Positions 38,101 through 53,100 of a stretch of DNA of 64,000 bases are shown piece by piece; position 1 is the stretch's first letter, and each line of letters begins with the position of its first letter. The position numbers were made by a program, and so were the translations under genes. Source of the stretch: Octopus sinensis (taxonomy: Eukaryota); the NCBI RefSeq assembly GCF_006345805.1, contig NC_043000.1:83576001-83640000 (forward strand), written 5' to 3'. The notes under the pieces were generated by a model. It did no database searches. It had not been told where the DNA came from and was given only the letters and a program-made list of their open reading frames with translations.

Positions 38101-41100
38101 TTTGCTATATTATACTGCTATATTTAGATTCCTATAGTGTTATATAAATATATGGCTATTTTGTTATACTGCAGTGTATATATTCTTGTAGTGTTATACT
38201 GCTGTAAATATATTACTATATGATGTTATACATACTTCTGTATATTTATATTGTTATATATACTTCTGTATATTTATATTGTTATAGTGTTATGCCAGTA
38301 TATTCATATTGCTACAGAGTTGCTCAACGTTATATTTTTTCTATTTTCAGTACACTGATTAAGTTGACCCGAGCACGGACAGATGTAGACAAGATTGAGC
38401 ATCTACAAAGCATTGGTTGCGCCATCTTTTATTACCTTGCTAATATGGTTACTAATGAAACCAATTTTTACCCACCAACCCGACAGTTTTTTGCTTCTTG
38501 TCTTGATATTCTTGGGCAGGTAAGTCAGAATGAAATGGAATAATTGAGAGAAACTTTTCTTTTATTCTTTTATAAGTTTGCTGGTGCCATGTAAAATGCA
38601 CCCAGCACACTCTGTAAAGCGATTGGCATTAGGAAGGGCATCCGACCATTGAAACCAAGCCACATCAGACTGGAACCTGGTGCAGCTCTCCTGCTTGCCA
38701 GCTGTGTTCAAGCTACCCAGCTCATGCCAGCATGGAAAATGGATGTTAGAGGATGATGTTTCAATCATTGGGCACTGTCTTCTAGGGTAGAGTCAATTAT
38801 ATTAATTCAAGGATACAGTTGATTATATCAGCCCTAAAACAAAAGGATAAAACAAAAGGATAAAGTCCTTCTTGAGTCATATAGATTTGGGGTTACTGGT
38901 TACCCAGTTGCCTTAGCATGTAAGTGACTGAGACCACAACATCCTCCTGAATGGGACGCCAATTTATCACAGAATTACTAATTTTTGCCAGCTGAGTGAA
39001 CTAGAGCAACATGAAATAAAGTATTTTGCTCAAGAACACAACACATTGCATGGTCCATGAATCGAAATCACAATCTTACTGTCATGATTACAATACCCTA
39101 ACCACTAAGCCATGCACTTCAATCGACAAAATGATAAGAATTTTATTTTGTCAACCTTGCAAAGAAGAGCTCTGATTCAGAATTTAAAAGGATATAAGCA
39201 ATTACCAGAAGATATTCAGTCTAAAGTTCTACCAATTCTGTTAGCCACTGTTACCTATCGATCATAATCCCTTATATTTTAATAATCAATTTTGCTACCA
39301 TAATCATTGCTATAGAGTTAAAGTTGAAACACAGACATAGTAGCATGCTTGGCTAACTATCTTTCAGTATTCAGTATTGTTTCTTTACATTCTGAGTTCA
39401 ATCCCAGTTGTAGCTGATTCTGTAGATCTAAGTCACCAACTTTACAAAATTGCTGTTTTTTGGCTAAAGTGAAAAATTTTTAGAATTGACATCATCGTCA
39501 TCATCTCACATATTTCTTTGCTTTTCATCTTTCATATTTCTTTCTTTCCTTTCTTCCTTCCCACCTCTCCCTCCATCATCTTCTATCCAAGAGAATCACT
39601 TTGAAATAGGACCAGGAGAATCACATAGATATGGAATCAGAAGAATGACTTGGATATGTGGGCTCAGTGAAGAAAGACAAGGCAGAGTGGCTTTGATCTC
39701 TTAACATTGCTATATACAGTCATTCAATTTGGCAGCTCTGTTGGGATTATTCTTGCCTCAGATAACCCTAAACAAGAGTAAAATGTCAGGATATATCTCC
39801 TGTACTCATTATTAAAAATAATATTAGTCATCAAATAATATTGGTAATTTATTACACGAAATATTTGGCTTTACTTTCACCTTAACTCTTCCAATCATTG
39901 AACATACTCAACTAGTTCTCACCAAGCACAATTTTACTGTGAGGAATTTTGAGATATATTTATATATTTTCCTCCTTTTTGGAGTAGGTTGGATTGTTTT
40001 TATGAATTTGGATATTGAAGCATGTGCTGGTGGCATTTAAGAAGCACCCATTACACTCTTGGCATTGGTTGGTGTTAGGAAGGACATCCTACCATAGAAA
40101 CCATGCCAAGTCAGACTGGAACCTGATGCAGCTCTCCAGCTTACTTGTTCCAGTCAAACCGTCAAACCCATGCCAGTTTGGAAAGCAGACATTAAATGAA
40201 TGAGGATGAATGCTCTGTTTCAATGGTACACATTGAAATGCAAAGGGTTTTTGTGTTGGTTAGTTAAATACAAACAAAATAACTATCTATTTAAGCAAAT
40301 AATACAGTATTAGAAGCTAGATTTATACTCCTTAATAGCCACAATTGCTGCACATTATTTGTCGTGAGAGATTTTCTCTCTAAGTTTTTGTCTTCAAACA
40401 GTAACTGTTTTTGCTAAAATTTTTTATTAATTAAATATTTTACTTTTTGTGAAGTTGTGTGTTGAAGTAGAGTTATATTTGTGGATGATCATATTTTGCC
40501 AATTAAACACACACACTCTATATATTTGGTCTTCACTTCAGCTTTATTATTATTATTTTAGTTTCTTTGTTAAAGTTCTTTCATCACACATCCTATGACC
40601 TCTTCTGCAATTCTCTATCCCACATGTCTCCTCTTGTTCTGCTTATTCCATTTTGTCTATTTTACTGTTTCAGTATTATTTACATTGATTTAATACAGAA
40701 TTATTCTTAATGTTTTAATGTCTTGTTCCCTTGCAGGAATTTGTTCAGAAAATGCCTGACCAAAGCCCTGTTCTGTTGAATTTTGTGCTTGACCATCCTG
40801 ACCTTGCAGGTTTAATGTCTCCTCACTTCTTACCCAATCTGAATCCAGGCTGCTTTTTGGCTATGTATGAAAAACTGATTGTCCTTCGTTCATGTCAAAT
40901 AGATATGGCTTTCATGCTGCTATCAAAGGTAAGTCTTTAGAATTACACTTTAAAATGGCAGTTCGAGCATTTATAGATTTCTTTCTGAGTAAACATTCAA
41001 GTTTTACCCTTAGACCAGTGGTTCTCAACCAGGGTCCATATGGCCCTTCAGGGTTCATATGGCCCTTGGGGATCCATATTGGCCTTGGGAGTCCATATAG

Positions 41101-44100
41101 CCCTTGAGGGTCTATATAAGATTTTATTATTAAAACTTATCTGCAATTAATTGAATACGCTTCTACGATACACAAAATATTTTAATTTTTTTAATACAAT
41201 TTCTAATTTTATTTAATTATTGAAATACAGTAGGACTTTTTTATATACATCAAATGGTTATGAGAACCCACTTGAGTAAAATAGGAATCAAAGGGGTCCA
41301 TAGGCCAAAAATGGTTGAGAACCACTGCCTTTGACAATCATTCAGAGGTAGAATGGTTTCAACTAAAATTAATTAATTGATTTTTTAAAATTCATTATGC
41401 TACAAATATTTTACATATTATCGTTAACTATTTAATCTATTATTCTTTTACTAATTACTGCTTTATCTAAACTTACCAGAGATATCTAACTAACGAACTT
41501 AAAAATTGTGAACCAGTAAGTTAGTTTGTATATTGTTGGTCAGCCTACCGAAAATAGCAACCAAATCTCCCTCAAGTCACATCTTGCCAATTTAATAAAA
41601 GGAAAGATAGGCTGAATAACGTTATTCTAGATAAAAATTGTCTCAAAAACAAAAGCTAAACATATTTCATATTGAGTTCACTTCCTTGACAATGAATGAT
41701 TGCCAGCATATTTTTTAGTTCTTAAGCTCCTTCTTATGAACTAAATGCTTTTCTTCTAGATGGCATCTATCTTATCATTTTAAATTATTCTAAGGTGGTG
41801 ACCATGTTGGGCAAAAATGCTTTGCAGCCTTCTTCCAGCTCTTTACATCCCAAGTTCAAATTTCACCAAGGTCGACTCTGCCTTTCATTCCTTCAGGGTC
41901 GATAAAATAAACACCAGTTTAGCACTGGGGTTGATTACATCAACCGCTCCCCAAAGATTTCAGGCCTTGTGCCTGTAAGTAGAAAGGATTATTTTAATTT
42001 GCCTACTTGGTGAATAATTTCCTCTAAAATGTCAATACATTTCCTCAGTTTAGGTTTAGGTAATTATTGCTTAGATCATGATTCATTGAAGAGGTTTAAT
42101 TTGACTAAAACGTCAATAGTTATCATATTTACTAAATATCATATTCCTTCTCCCCACTGGATATCTTCATTCAATCTTTAATTTGAACATTAGAGTTGTT
42201 TCCCTTGCGATAGTATTCCATTTAGCTAATTTTTTTTCCCCTCTTCAAAACATTCTTTACCTCTTTACATTATATTAGCCCCTTCCCTCACTTAACTATA
42301 TGCTGTCCATTTGTTCATCCTCCCCAGCCCAGTCATTAATATATTACAGTTTTATATCAATTTTTCCTACATGGCTGAAGTAATATTTTTTATTAATTAA
42401 CAAATCCTGCTCTTACTACATTAGTTATTAGGAAGGAGAAGATTTTCCTTCTCATTACTAACCATGAAGTAGGAATAAAGTTTGAGTTTCTCAATTAGCC
42501 ATTGTGTCCCTTGTTTAGAGTCAAGAACATTATAACAAGCAAGAGATCTGAATTTATTCCCTTGTATGTTGTAGAGGAATATTGGGGCTAAAATTACAAT
42601 TAATTATAAGACTGGGAATGATTAAGTGAACCTCAGTTTGAGAAATATACAAGGGAGTGCTGAAAGCTTCTGACTTTAAGGGTATTGTAAAAGATCTCAT
42701 TGGAGGCCCAACCTTCCGAGATCTTTTACAGGGCTTAGAAAAACTGAAGGACTGCTGCAATATGTGTGTGAATCTGAGAGGGGAATATGTTGACTAAAAC
42801 CATAATTAACTGATCCTCCTGTATTTCCTTTTACCCAAAGCTAGGAACTTTTCAGCACTCCCTCATATTGATGTCCCATATGTTAAGGTATAAATATTAT
42901 GTAGAACTCTGCCTTAATTTCAGTTGCTGATGCCATGCTCATTCATACATTTTAGCGTTTCGCACAGGAATTTCTTCATTGTGAGGCAAAATATATTTAG
43001 CATTAATTTATCTGTAATTCTTTTTATATTTTCCATCAGTCCTTTTAGATTATATTTTCTATGATTTGTGTCTGTTGTTTCTTTCTTAGTTCGATGTGTG
43101 TATTTGGTTAGAGAAACTCAACCTCCCACATCCCGAAGTTGTAAAACTTATCGACGTATTATCAACAGCTTTTATCAGCTGTGGAGCAGAACCAATGTCA
43201 AGGGAACTGATCCTTTTTGAGGTGAGTGTTACAAAACTAACGTTATTTTCATTCCTTTCATTGTTGAAACTAAACTCTATAACTAAGTACTTTCATTGAG
43301 AATACTTCAGTATTTCAACAGGGATGTCGTGAGCTTTTGAAAAAACAAGAGGCATTATCTCTGGCTTGCTAAGGCTGATACCGAGATTCAATTCTCAGTT
43401 TGTAATGATGTCATTTCACTTCACTTATGGAACTTATGTTCAGATATGAACATCACAACATCCTAGATATACACATTTAAATTTATAGAGCTCATTTCCT
43501 TCATTAAAAGTAGCTATTATTTAAACAAAGTAGGTAGAGTTCTTTTACATCTTATAAATTACATTTTTTGAATTTGTTTTTCTTGTCTTAAATCATATCT
43601 GACTTACTAATTTGATAATGCATGTTTATCTCTCATTATTAATAATTTGGTTAGAGCAGCAAATTAGTAGAATCATTAGGGCATTGGATAAAATGCAATT
43701 TATCTCTAATGAATTGATCTAATAACGCATATTAATCTCTTATTATTAATGATTTAATTGTACAGGGCAGTCTGTTGACAGTCATAAGAGTGTCAAATAG
43801 AATACCTTGTGATATCTATTCTGACTCTCAGTGTTTTGTGTTCAAATCTTGCCATGGTCAACTTTGCCTGTCATAAGTAAAGGGTAGAATTGTTAGGGCA
43901 TTGAACAAAGTACCATGTGGTATCTGTTTGAGGTACCTTTAATTATTAGAGATACCTTGTAATTATAAGAGTATCAAGTGAGGTGTCTTGTGGTACCTGT
44001 TAGCTCTACCTTGTAAACATGGTTTCTTGCTTGTGCCTGTTCATTAGCTTGCTTTATGTGTTTATTGATGGCTGTTACTTTTCTTTCTTGTCTCTGGTTA

Positions 44101-47100
44101 GTCTTTGTGATAGAGCTATGATTTCTGCTCCAATCACTGGAGTGATACTGGACTGCTGCTGCTTGTATGATTGTTGAATCTGACTTGTCAGTGTGTCATT
44201 GTGACAATCATCAACAGAATATCCATCTGTGAACCCAAATCCTGTGGAGATTGCATTCTTCCATGCATCAATTGTTGCAATCACCAGTAGAACTCTTTTC
44301 AATAGACCCAGAATGGTTCATTGATTTCCTGTGGAATTTGAGAGAAGACCATGTCCACAGTTAAGACAGTGTCAATTCAATTGTCTGTATAGCTGGTACA
44401 AAATTTTCCTAGTGAAGAGCGGAATGTTAAAGTTAGTCACAGTGTAAAGGAAGGAACATTTTCCTTAAAATGTAACCCATTGTTTCCCTGACAACTTTTT
44501 TTAAGGAATATGCCATTGTTCTCTGTTACCAAGCAATCTAGAATAGTGCAAAAGTGGTAGTATTGCATTATTAGGCAGAGAAGTACAAGTGCATTGCCAA
44601 ATGACTTTCTTTCTAGTATAACATTAAGGAGCTTAGAAAAGGATAAAATATAAACTTACAGAGCCATCATACAGCGTTATATTTGAAAAAATAGCTATCC
44701 ACCCTCTGGAAATTTGATGAAACAAAAGTTGATATAATCCTGTTTGTGTTAGGTTTTCTGATCTTCAGCAGGTTCTAATACCAAGGACCAAGTAAAAGAT
44801 GTCCCACTGTTTATTAAGGAATTCTTCTGGCCAATTTTGTAGGAAGTATATAATTATTTGAACTAACTTTAATGCATAAGTCAAAGTCTTAGTTTTCTAT
44901 TATAATTCCATTAATGCATTAAATATATTATAGAAATCAACTCCAGTAATTGACTGATACTTTATTAACTGAAGAAGAATGAAACTGATTCAGTGGGATT
45001 TGAAAGCCTATAACTAAATACTTCAGGACATTTTGTCCAATGCCCTAACGATCCTGCTAATCAAACAGAAGGACAGTTGAGCATGGAATTACATTTTGTA
45101 AAAGCAAGCAACTTTTAATAAGCTGAGAAAAAGACATCCTGCTTAATTTTCAGTCCATTTTCTCAGTTTAAATCAATGCTAATATTGTACTAAAATACAA
45201 TTGTTAAAAAAGAAATTATATTTCAGGAACATGTCTACTTTTCACTCACTTCTTATTGAATATATTATATTTCTCTGTTTGCAGCTGTTCTGTACACACT
45301 TACACAAAGTACTGAATTCTTGTTTCCACTACTACCTTTCTCAAATACTTTCCATGCTTCTGAAAGGTCAGTCTTTGCTGTTTTCACCCTTTTCCTCTAA
45401 TCTGTTATTACTAATATCTTTTCCTGTTTCTGTTTACCTTTCTAAAAACTGAGTGTACAAGAGATTATTAGGGTCAATGCTTGACTTTAATTTCTATAAA
45501 CTCTAAGCCAATGCAAGGTGAATCTTCTCCAGGTAGTCTATCACAAACTTTTTTCCTTGGACGTTCCATACAGTTTAAGTAACCTTAGATAAATATTGTA
45601 AAGTGCCTTACTAGGGAATATAATGATAACATACCCATACTTGCATAATATGGGGTGATAGTTTAATGTATCATTGACTTGGCTTATTTATGTATTCAGT
45701 GTAGAGTATTCAGCAATATATATGTATCTGTGTGTGTGTTGGCAAAAAAGTATTCAATCCAATGGATGATAAGCATCATTTAATAAATACAGAAGTTATA
45801 TGTGAGCTACTTCCAGTTTTGTGCTTGGATATTACAGTAATTAGACAGGCTTGTATGTTGTAGTGTACGTTATTCAGCAAATTACATTAACCATCAGAAA
45901 TATAAATTATATAACAGTGTTTTCTTACAAAATTATTATAATATATTATTAATGAATCCATATGCTCAATCCTGAACTCTTCTTCACTTTTTTGCCTATG
46001 CTACTACTACTTATTGTGTGCGTTTTATGTAAACTGCCACAGTAAGTTTGGAATATTATTAAATTCAGTGTTCACTTTCTATATTTCATTTCTAGTTAAC
46101 ATACATTAAGTATTTTTCTATTTTCTTTCCTCTTTATCTATGGGAAAACACAAATTGGGATTGAAACATCACCATTTCTTTCTTCAACAATTCCCTACAA
46201 ATCATGGGGCCTTTCCTTATCTTTGCAGAGATATAGAAAACACAGCTCCTCTTGATTAAGAAGCTAGTCTGTTGCATGTTACATTTCTAGAGAACCTGCT
46301 CCTATTCCTGACTGTCGTATATTAAGGCATAGCAAAATATTTTTAAAAAACCCTATCAATAACAGTTTTGATCTTGTGATCAATTCTAATGGCTTATTTA
46401 GTTGGTCAGTTCACTTGTACATACCTCAGATACCAGTAATTAGATCCATAGCTAGGTTTAAAGCGGAGGCTTATATTTAATTCAACATCCAGAAACACTA
46501 TCATATCTGGAGAAACATATCTAGGGACAGGTGGGTCCCTAGATATTGTGATTACATTTGCCAAAGCAAAGTTTGAATTTATTTGTAATTTGTGATTTGT
46601 TTGATAAAACTTTAGTTACAGTGTTAAATATATAATTGGTTCCATTAAGGGAGAACAGAGAGTGGATTATATTCATGTTTCAGAATTTTGTTTTTGGTAT
46701 GAGTTTCAGTGCTAATATTTTTGGACATATACATACAAACAGATGCACACTAATACTTGCATAAATATATGTATTAAACATACACTCGTATAAATATATC
46801 TATTTATATTATACACACAGACACACATATGCATGTGTTAATATATGTATCTATATTATACTCAAACACATACATAAATATATGTATTTATATTATACAC
46901 AAACATATAAACATATTTATCTATATTACATACACACACTTATATATACACATACATGCAAATCTTGTAATCTCTTCTCATGTCTTTTATTATAGTTTCA
47001 TCAAAAGGTCGACTACATGTGAAATGTTGGCAAATATTCAGTGAGACTGCTTTCCCATATGTTACTGAATGTGCAACACCTGGAAGTTTTGATGAAGATT

Positions 47101-50100
47101 ATCAACTACAGCAGTTATCAAACATTTCTGCCCCTTCAGCATCACAACTGTCTAGCCACCAGGTCAGTTTTTAATCCATTGTAGCAATATCAATTTTATA
47201 TAATTACTTCTTTGGGTACAGACAGGACTGTGTGGTTATTGCATTTGCTCAGTTGTATATGGCATCTAGATCTTGTTGGCATTTGTAGATATAATCATTT
47301 GTCTTGATCTGTAGCAGCATTTTAGTGTTGTTTAGCATAACTGCTCAGTCTGGTTGAATGTATACTTTTAACCCTGTCTGACAATAAGAACAAAACAGGC
47401 CTCATAAAAGTACCATGTTGCACTCTGCTTATTTCTACAGACTTGCTGATAGGGATCTGTTGGCCATTACAATTTAACTTTGGTTTTGCATAAAACAGAT
47501 GCCAACTATTATTCAATGTTTAACATGATATTCTGTAGTTAACCTTGTCAAAGATTTTGGTACAATCCAAGTATGCACAAGTAACCCTTAATCCAGATGT
47601 AGACTTCAGAATTTGCCCAGAAGAAGCTTTTTTGGATATTGTTAAAATGTTTCTGTTGGTTTGAGTTGTTTCTCTTTCTGTTTATGATTCTCTTCACAAC
47701 ACTTAAAAGTTGGGATATAAATGACTCTGGTCTTCAATTACTTGTCTCTAATCTACTGCTTGTAAAGGTTAATGTAGCCTAAAAGCCAGTTTTTTCAGGT
47801 TGTCCAGAAAGATGATGTTATCACAAGTGTCAGCTGCTCAGTACTTTTTGTAGATTCTCCAAAGTAGTTACAATAAAAATCTATTTTCATCACAATCAAA
47901 GCATTACTTTTATTTTATAGGTTTTAATTTATTATTATCATAAATTTTCATTATGTCTTTTTCCAGCTCGCACAAATTCTTGAGATGATGTCATCATTCT
48001 TTATGGAACAACGACTACTCAATAAAGAAAGCTGTACATTTGGTCTCTATTCCAAATGGCATAAATATGTGCCATATATTGCTTCCATCAGTGCTGGTTT
48101 TCTAAAAATTCTAGCAGCTCAATATCATGAAAATCTTTCAGAAGAATCACCTGCTCAGGGTAAGTTAATATTGGTGGTGGTAAATTTGGTTAAAAATTTA
48201 TGTTCGAATGAAATATGACTCATGAATTAAAATATGGAATTTTTCAATCTTAGTGTGGAATGTTTATTGGGTACCCTTCTGCTTATCTTAAAATTTTTCA
48301 TCAAGTATTAGTCATGGCCACTGCTGGTAACATATAAAAGGCACCCATGCTGATGACATATAAAAGGCACAAGTGCACCCAGTACACTCTGTAGAGTAGT
48401 TGGCATTAGGAAGGGTATCCAGCCCTAGAAACCAGGCCAAAACAGACTGGAGCTTGGTACAGCTCTCTGGCTTACCAGTTCCAGTCAAACATCTAACCCA
48501 TGCAGCATTGAAAGCAGATACTAAATGATGATGCTGCATATTAAGTTCTATCAGTTTCTTTTTAGCCTAAACCTACTGATTAGTAACATTTACTAGTTAA
48601 TTCAACTCTCAATGATGCTTAAAAGTAAAGATAACCTCCATTTCTTTATCTGGTAAACTCTTAATAAGATTTACAGTGTAAAAATGTGCTGTATACTGGC
48701 AGTGGTTGGGGTAAGACCAAGGAAGAGATGGGGGTAGAATTGGTGTGATGAGATCTGGAGATGTTTGGCATAATAGCAGACTACAGTATGCCAAACCAGT
48801 TCAGTTCAGGAACCGCAATATACCAAACCAGTTCAAATGATGATAACAAGACTATATTTTTAGTGAGCAATCTAAAACAAAGATTTAATTAATTTTGTAA
48901 ATTTAGGTGTCAAGCAGATTTAGAAACCAGGAAGCAAGCTGACTAAGGTATATGTCAGATCTGATTCCCTACCTATTTTTTATCATTTTCATAAGGTTGT
49001 TAAAATAGATATCACTAAAAATTAGTTAACTATATCATAATTTTTACCAAAAAATATTCTATTTAGTATTCAGATTGCTCGATCAAATGTATTGCTTATT
49101 TATTCACATTGTTTTCAATTAATCATGCATTATCTTATGGCGTTGAGGTTTCAATGATGTGATTGTCTACTTTAGAATGACATTGTAGGGTAGGTGTGAG
49201 AGGCTGGATCTGGCTGGTTTGAACATAAAACAGGTAGAATAATTGGGCCAGATATGGCTGGTTTGAATTCTAAAGGGTTAAAAAGCAAAACAAAACACAT
49301 TTAAAATATTGATCTCTTAGTTCCAATGTAAATAACATAGGAAATGAGATTAACTTAAACTCATTAGTGTCATAGTCAAATTGAATAGGCTATTACTAGG
49401 AATTGAAACTGTTTCACATTCTTGCTGGGAACTTTACTTTATCGTTTTATGTATTGATTTGTATTGATGTTGTATTGATTTTCTTTTGTGTTCATAATTT
49501 ATATATTATATTTTTTTTTAGTGATTGATTATTTATGGAATATGATAGTAAATGTGTTCAGTCCTTGGGTGAGGCCATTGAAAGGACCAGCGCAGACTCA
49601 ATTACTGATCCCTTGGACAGCTGGTGACCATGAGGCTGCTACCATAATGGTTCAAAACTTCTGTGATGCAATCCGATATATCCACACATTTTATAAATGT
49701 AAGTTTTTGTTGTATTTGATTTAGAATGGAAAGTAAAGTAATTGATTTACCTAGCTATGATTTTTAGCATTGTTTTGTGCCACAAATTAACTTTTGTAAT
49801 TAGACATATTTAAATTAAATCGTAATTAAAAAATGATATTCTGCTTTTTTTTTGTTTTGGTTTTTGTTTACAATAATCTCAAAGTTTATGATTTTGTTAT
49901 ATCTAGAATGTTCTCTACGTTTGATTACAATGATTTAAAATCATCCAACTGCTCCTATATAGGAATGGATGATTAAAACATTATCAAAAAAATGTAAGTT
50001 CTAACATTGACAAACTTACTTTTCTTTTGATTCTGTCAGTCTCACAGGTTTTTAAAATCTAGACTATTACCATGATGACTAATAGGCTTGAACTTTAATT

Positions 50101-53100
50101 TTCAATGAAGATTTTTTTACTGTAGAGACAGGCTTTTCTGAAATATCTGTGGATCTTTTAATGCCAATATGGAACATGGACATTAAATGATATGAAAGAT
50201 GATGATGATGATATAATATCAGTGATTAATGTTGTCTCGATGCATCAATGGATGTGACTGTGCTGAGGTTTACCCTTCTTTGGTAGTGGAATTATAGTTT
50301 GAAATTTCTCCTTATTACATATAATACTGCCTTCAAATACTTTCATGTGGCTTCTGAATGGTTGTTTGTAAGATTTTTTTTTTTTATATTTGGATTGCTT
50401 TATTGACTTGTATTGTATCAGAACCAGAATGATTAGGAGAGGTCTTCAGTTGCATTTTGAGTTCTTTATGAAGAAGGTGTCTGTTGTTGTCACGTTAGGT
50501 TTCCAGTTAATTCAGAATACTATGAAACATCTTTTGGTTGTATTTCATTTATCAGAAACCTTCCTGCCAGGGTACCTTTACACTTGATTTACTTTTGAAT
50601 GCTTCACTAAAAGACTCTTAATTACTGTTGTGTTTTCTTTCTTTACAGCTTTATTATCACCTGTAGCTTACTCACAAACCCAAGACATACTTGGACGGCT
50701 GTGGATCTTCTATACCTCTATATTAGCATCGAGAAAGATACCAGTTTATTGTGTTACGTTATTGAATGTTGAATTGGCCTTGTTGCCATGGGATCAACTT
50801 ACAATTGATTTGCAGGTTGCAGAAACAATGTCAACTGTAAGTAAAACCCTTGTTTAAGAATCTGATTTATTGTTTAGAAACAGAGTTTTAATTTAAATCT
50901 TAGCATGTATCATCATCATCATCATCATCATCATCGTTTAACGTCCGTTTTCCGCGCTAGCACGGGTTGGACGGTTCGACCGGGGTCTGGGAAGCCAGGG
51001 GCCGCTCCAGGCTCCAGTCTGATCTGGCAGAGTTTTTACGGCTGGATGCCCTTCCTAACGCCAACCACTCCGCGAGTGGAGTGGGTGCTTTTTACGTGCC
51101 ACCTGCACAGGGGCCGAGGGGTCCGGCATTGGTCACGATCGGTTCGAGCTTTTAACGTGCCAGCGGCACGGGAGCCAGCCAAGGCGGAGCTGGCAACGTT
51201 CAGATGGTCTTACCGGCACAGAGGCCAGTCGGGGCAGCACTGGCATCGGCCACGTTCGGATAGTACTTTTTATGTGCCACCGGCACAGGCATCATAACTC
51301 CTATTTCCATTGATATTTATTTCGACGTTCATGTTCATGTACTTGACTCAACAGATCTCCTCAGGCACAGCAGGACTATCTGGGATCCGGGGTACTTTGA
51401 ATGGGCAGGGGCTATGTGGAACTGATGCAGGAAGCAGCCCGGGTCTTTGCAGTCACAGCATATCTCCAGAGATCTCGGTCCTTCGCCATTGCCTCAGTGA
51501 GGCCCAATGCTCTGAGGTCATGCTTGACTACCTCATCCCATGTCTTCCTGGGTCTACCTCTCCCCCTGATACCTTCAACCGTTTGGGAGTGGCACTTCTT
51601 CACACATCTCTCTTCATCCATCCGCAGCACATGACCATACCATCGCAAGCGTCGCTCTTGCACACCACATCTGATGCTTCTTATATCCAGCATTTCTCTC
51701 AGGATGCTTACACTCTGTCGTGCGTGCACACTGACACTACACATCCAGCGGATCATGCTAGCTTCATTTCTTTCAAGTCTACGCATGTCCTCTGCAGTCA
51801 CAGCCCATGTTTCATTACCGTGAAGCATGGCAGTTCGCACACATGCATCATACAATCTACCTTTTGGTCTGACGGAGAGACCCTTTGCCGCCAGTAGGGG
51901 TAGGAGCTTTCTGAACTTTGCCCAGGCTATTCGTATTCTAGTGGTGATACTCTCTGTGCATCCACCTCCACTACTAACTTGGTCACCCAGGTAGCGGAAA
52001 CTATCAACTACTTCTAGTTTCTCTCCCTGGAGTGTGATGGAATCTGTTTTCTGAGTGTCTGTTGTGTCTATTGCCCCTGTGCATCTGCCGCACATGAAAG
52101 CTATCTTATCTGTTAATTTCCCTTTAATGTTGCTGCACCTCTTATGCGTCCATAGCTTACATTGGGTGCATCTTATGGAGTTTCTACCTGTACCTTTCCT
52201 ACAGATTGAGCAGGGCCACCTACCCGAGGGGGTGTGTGCTGAGTATGCCTTGCTGCTTACTATTACTTTGGTTTTTGCTACATTTACTCTAACTATAAAT
52301 ATCTCTTGTTTTACTATTTTCATTTTAATGATAAAATTAATCATATAGAATAGGAATAACTATTTGATGCTAATTAGCTTTATAGAGCTAGAGAGGAATA
52401 ACAGAAATGTTAAAGGAATTTGTCTCATGCATTCTCTAATTCTACTGCAAGGAGTTTGTTTGTATAAAGTCTAAAAGAACAGTGTTTCCTGCATGCAAGT
52501 TGCATAACTATTTAGAACAACCTTGTGTTGGCAGACTAGTCAACTGCAGTTTTTATCTGGATATGTTCACTTCCATGATAAATATATTGAGAAAATATCA
52601 CAAATTATTATTAACATATTTTTGGTAGTAGCCCCTCTCTGCTCATAGAAATCTCCTCATCCCCTAGCATGAAGCTGACACCCCACCACTACTAAGGTTT
52701 GTAGTCCTGAGAGCTACATGACAATCTCAGTAGTGCAGGTAGCACAAAAAAAGCACCCAGTCCATGCTGTAAAGTGGCTGGTATTAGGAAGAGCATCCAG
52801 CTGTAAAAACCATGCCAAAGCAGACTTTGGAGCTCAGTGCAAGCCTTGAACAAACCATGCTAGCTTGGAACACAGATGTTAATTGTTGTTGATGATGATG
52901 ATATAAAAGTAGTGTTACACAAATGGTAACAAAACGTGGCTATAAAAAGTGGTGACCATCTATAAAAGTAACATTGTCAACAATTTACGACATATAGAAG
53001 TTAATTTGTTGGTAATATTTGATTAGAGTATAAAGTTTATAAAATTTGTAATTGAAGATTTTAGGTTTAAACTTTATTTTCTGATTGAGTATTTTGTGAT

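Noticed and set aside
50905-51897. + strand ORFs including a poly-His N-terminus
   Set aside because: Antisense shadows of the LINE; the His run is the (CAT)n tail.
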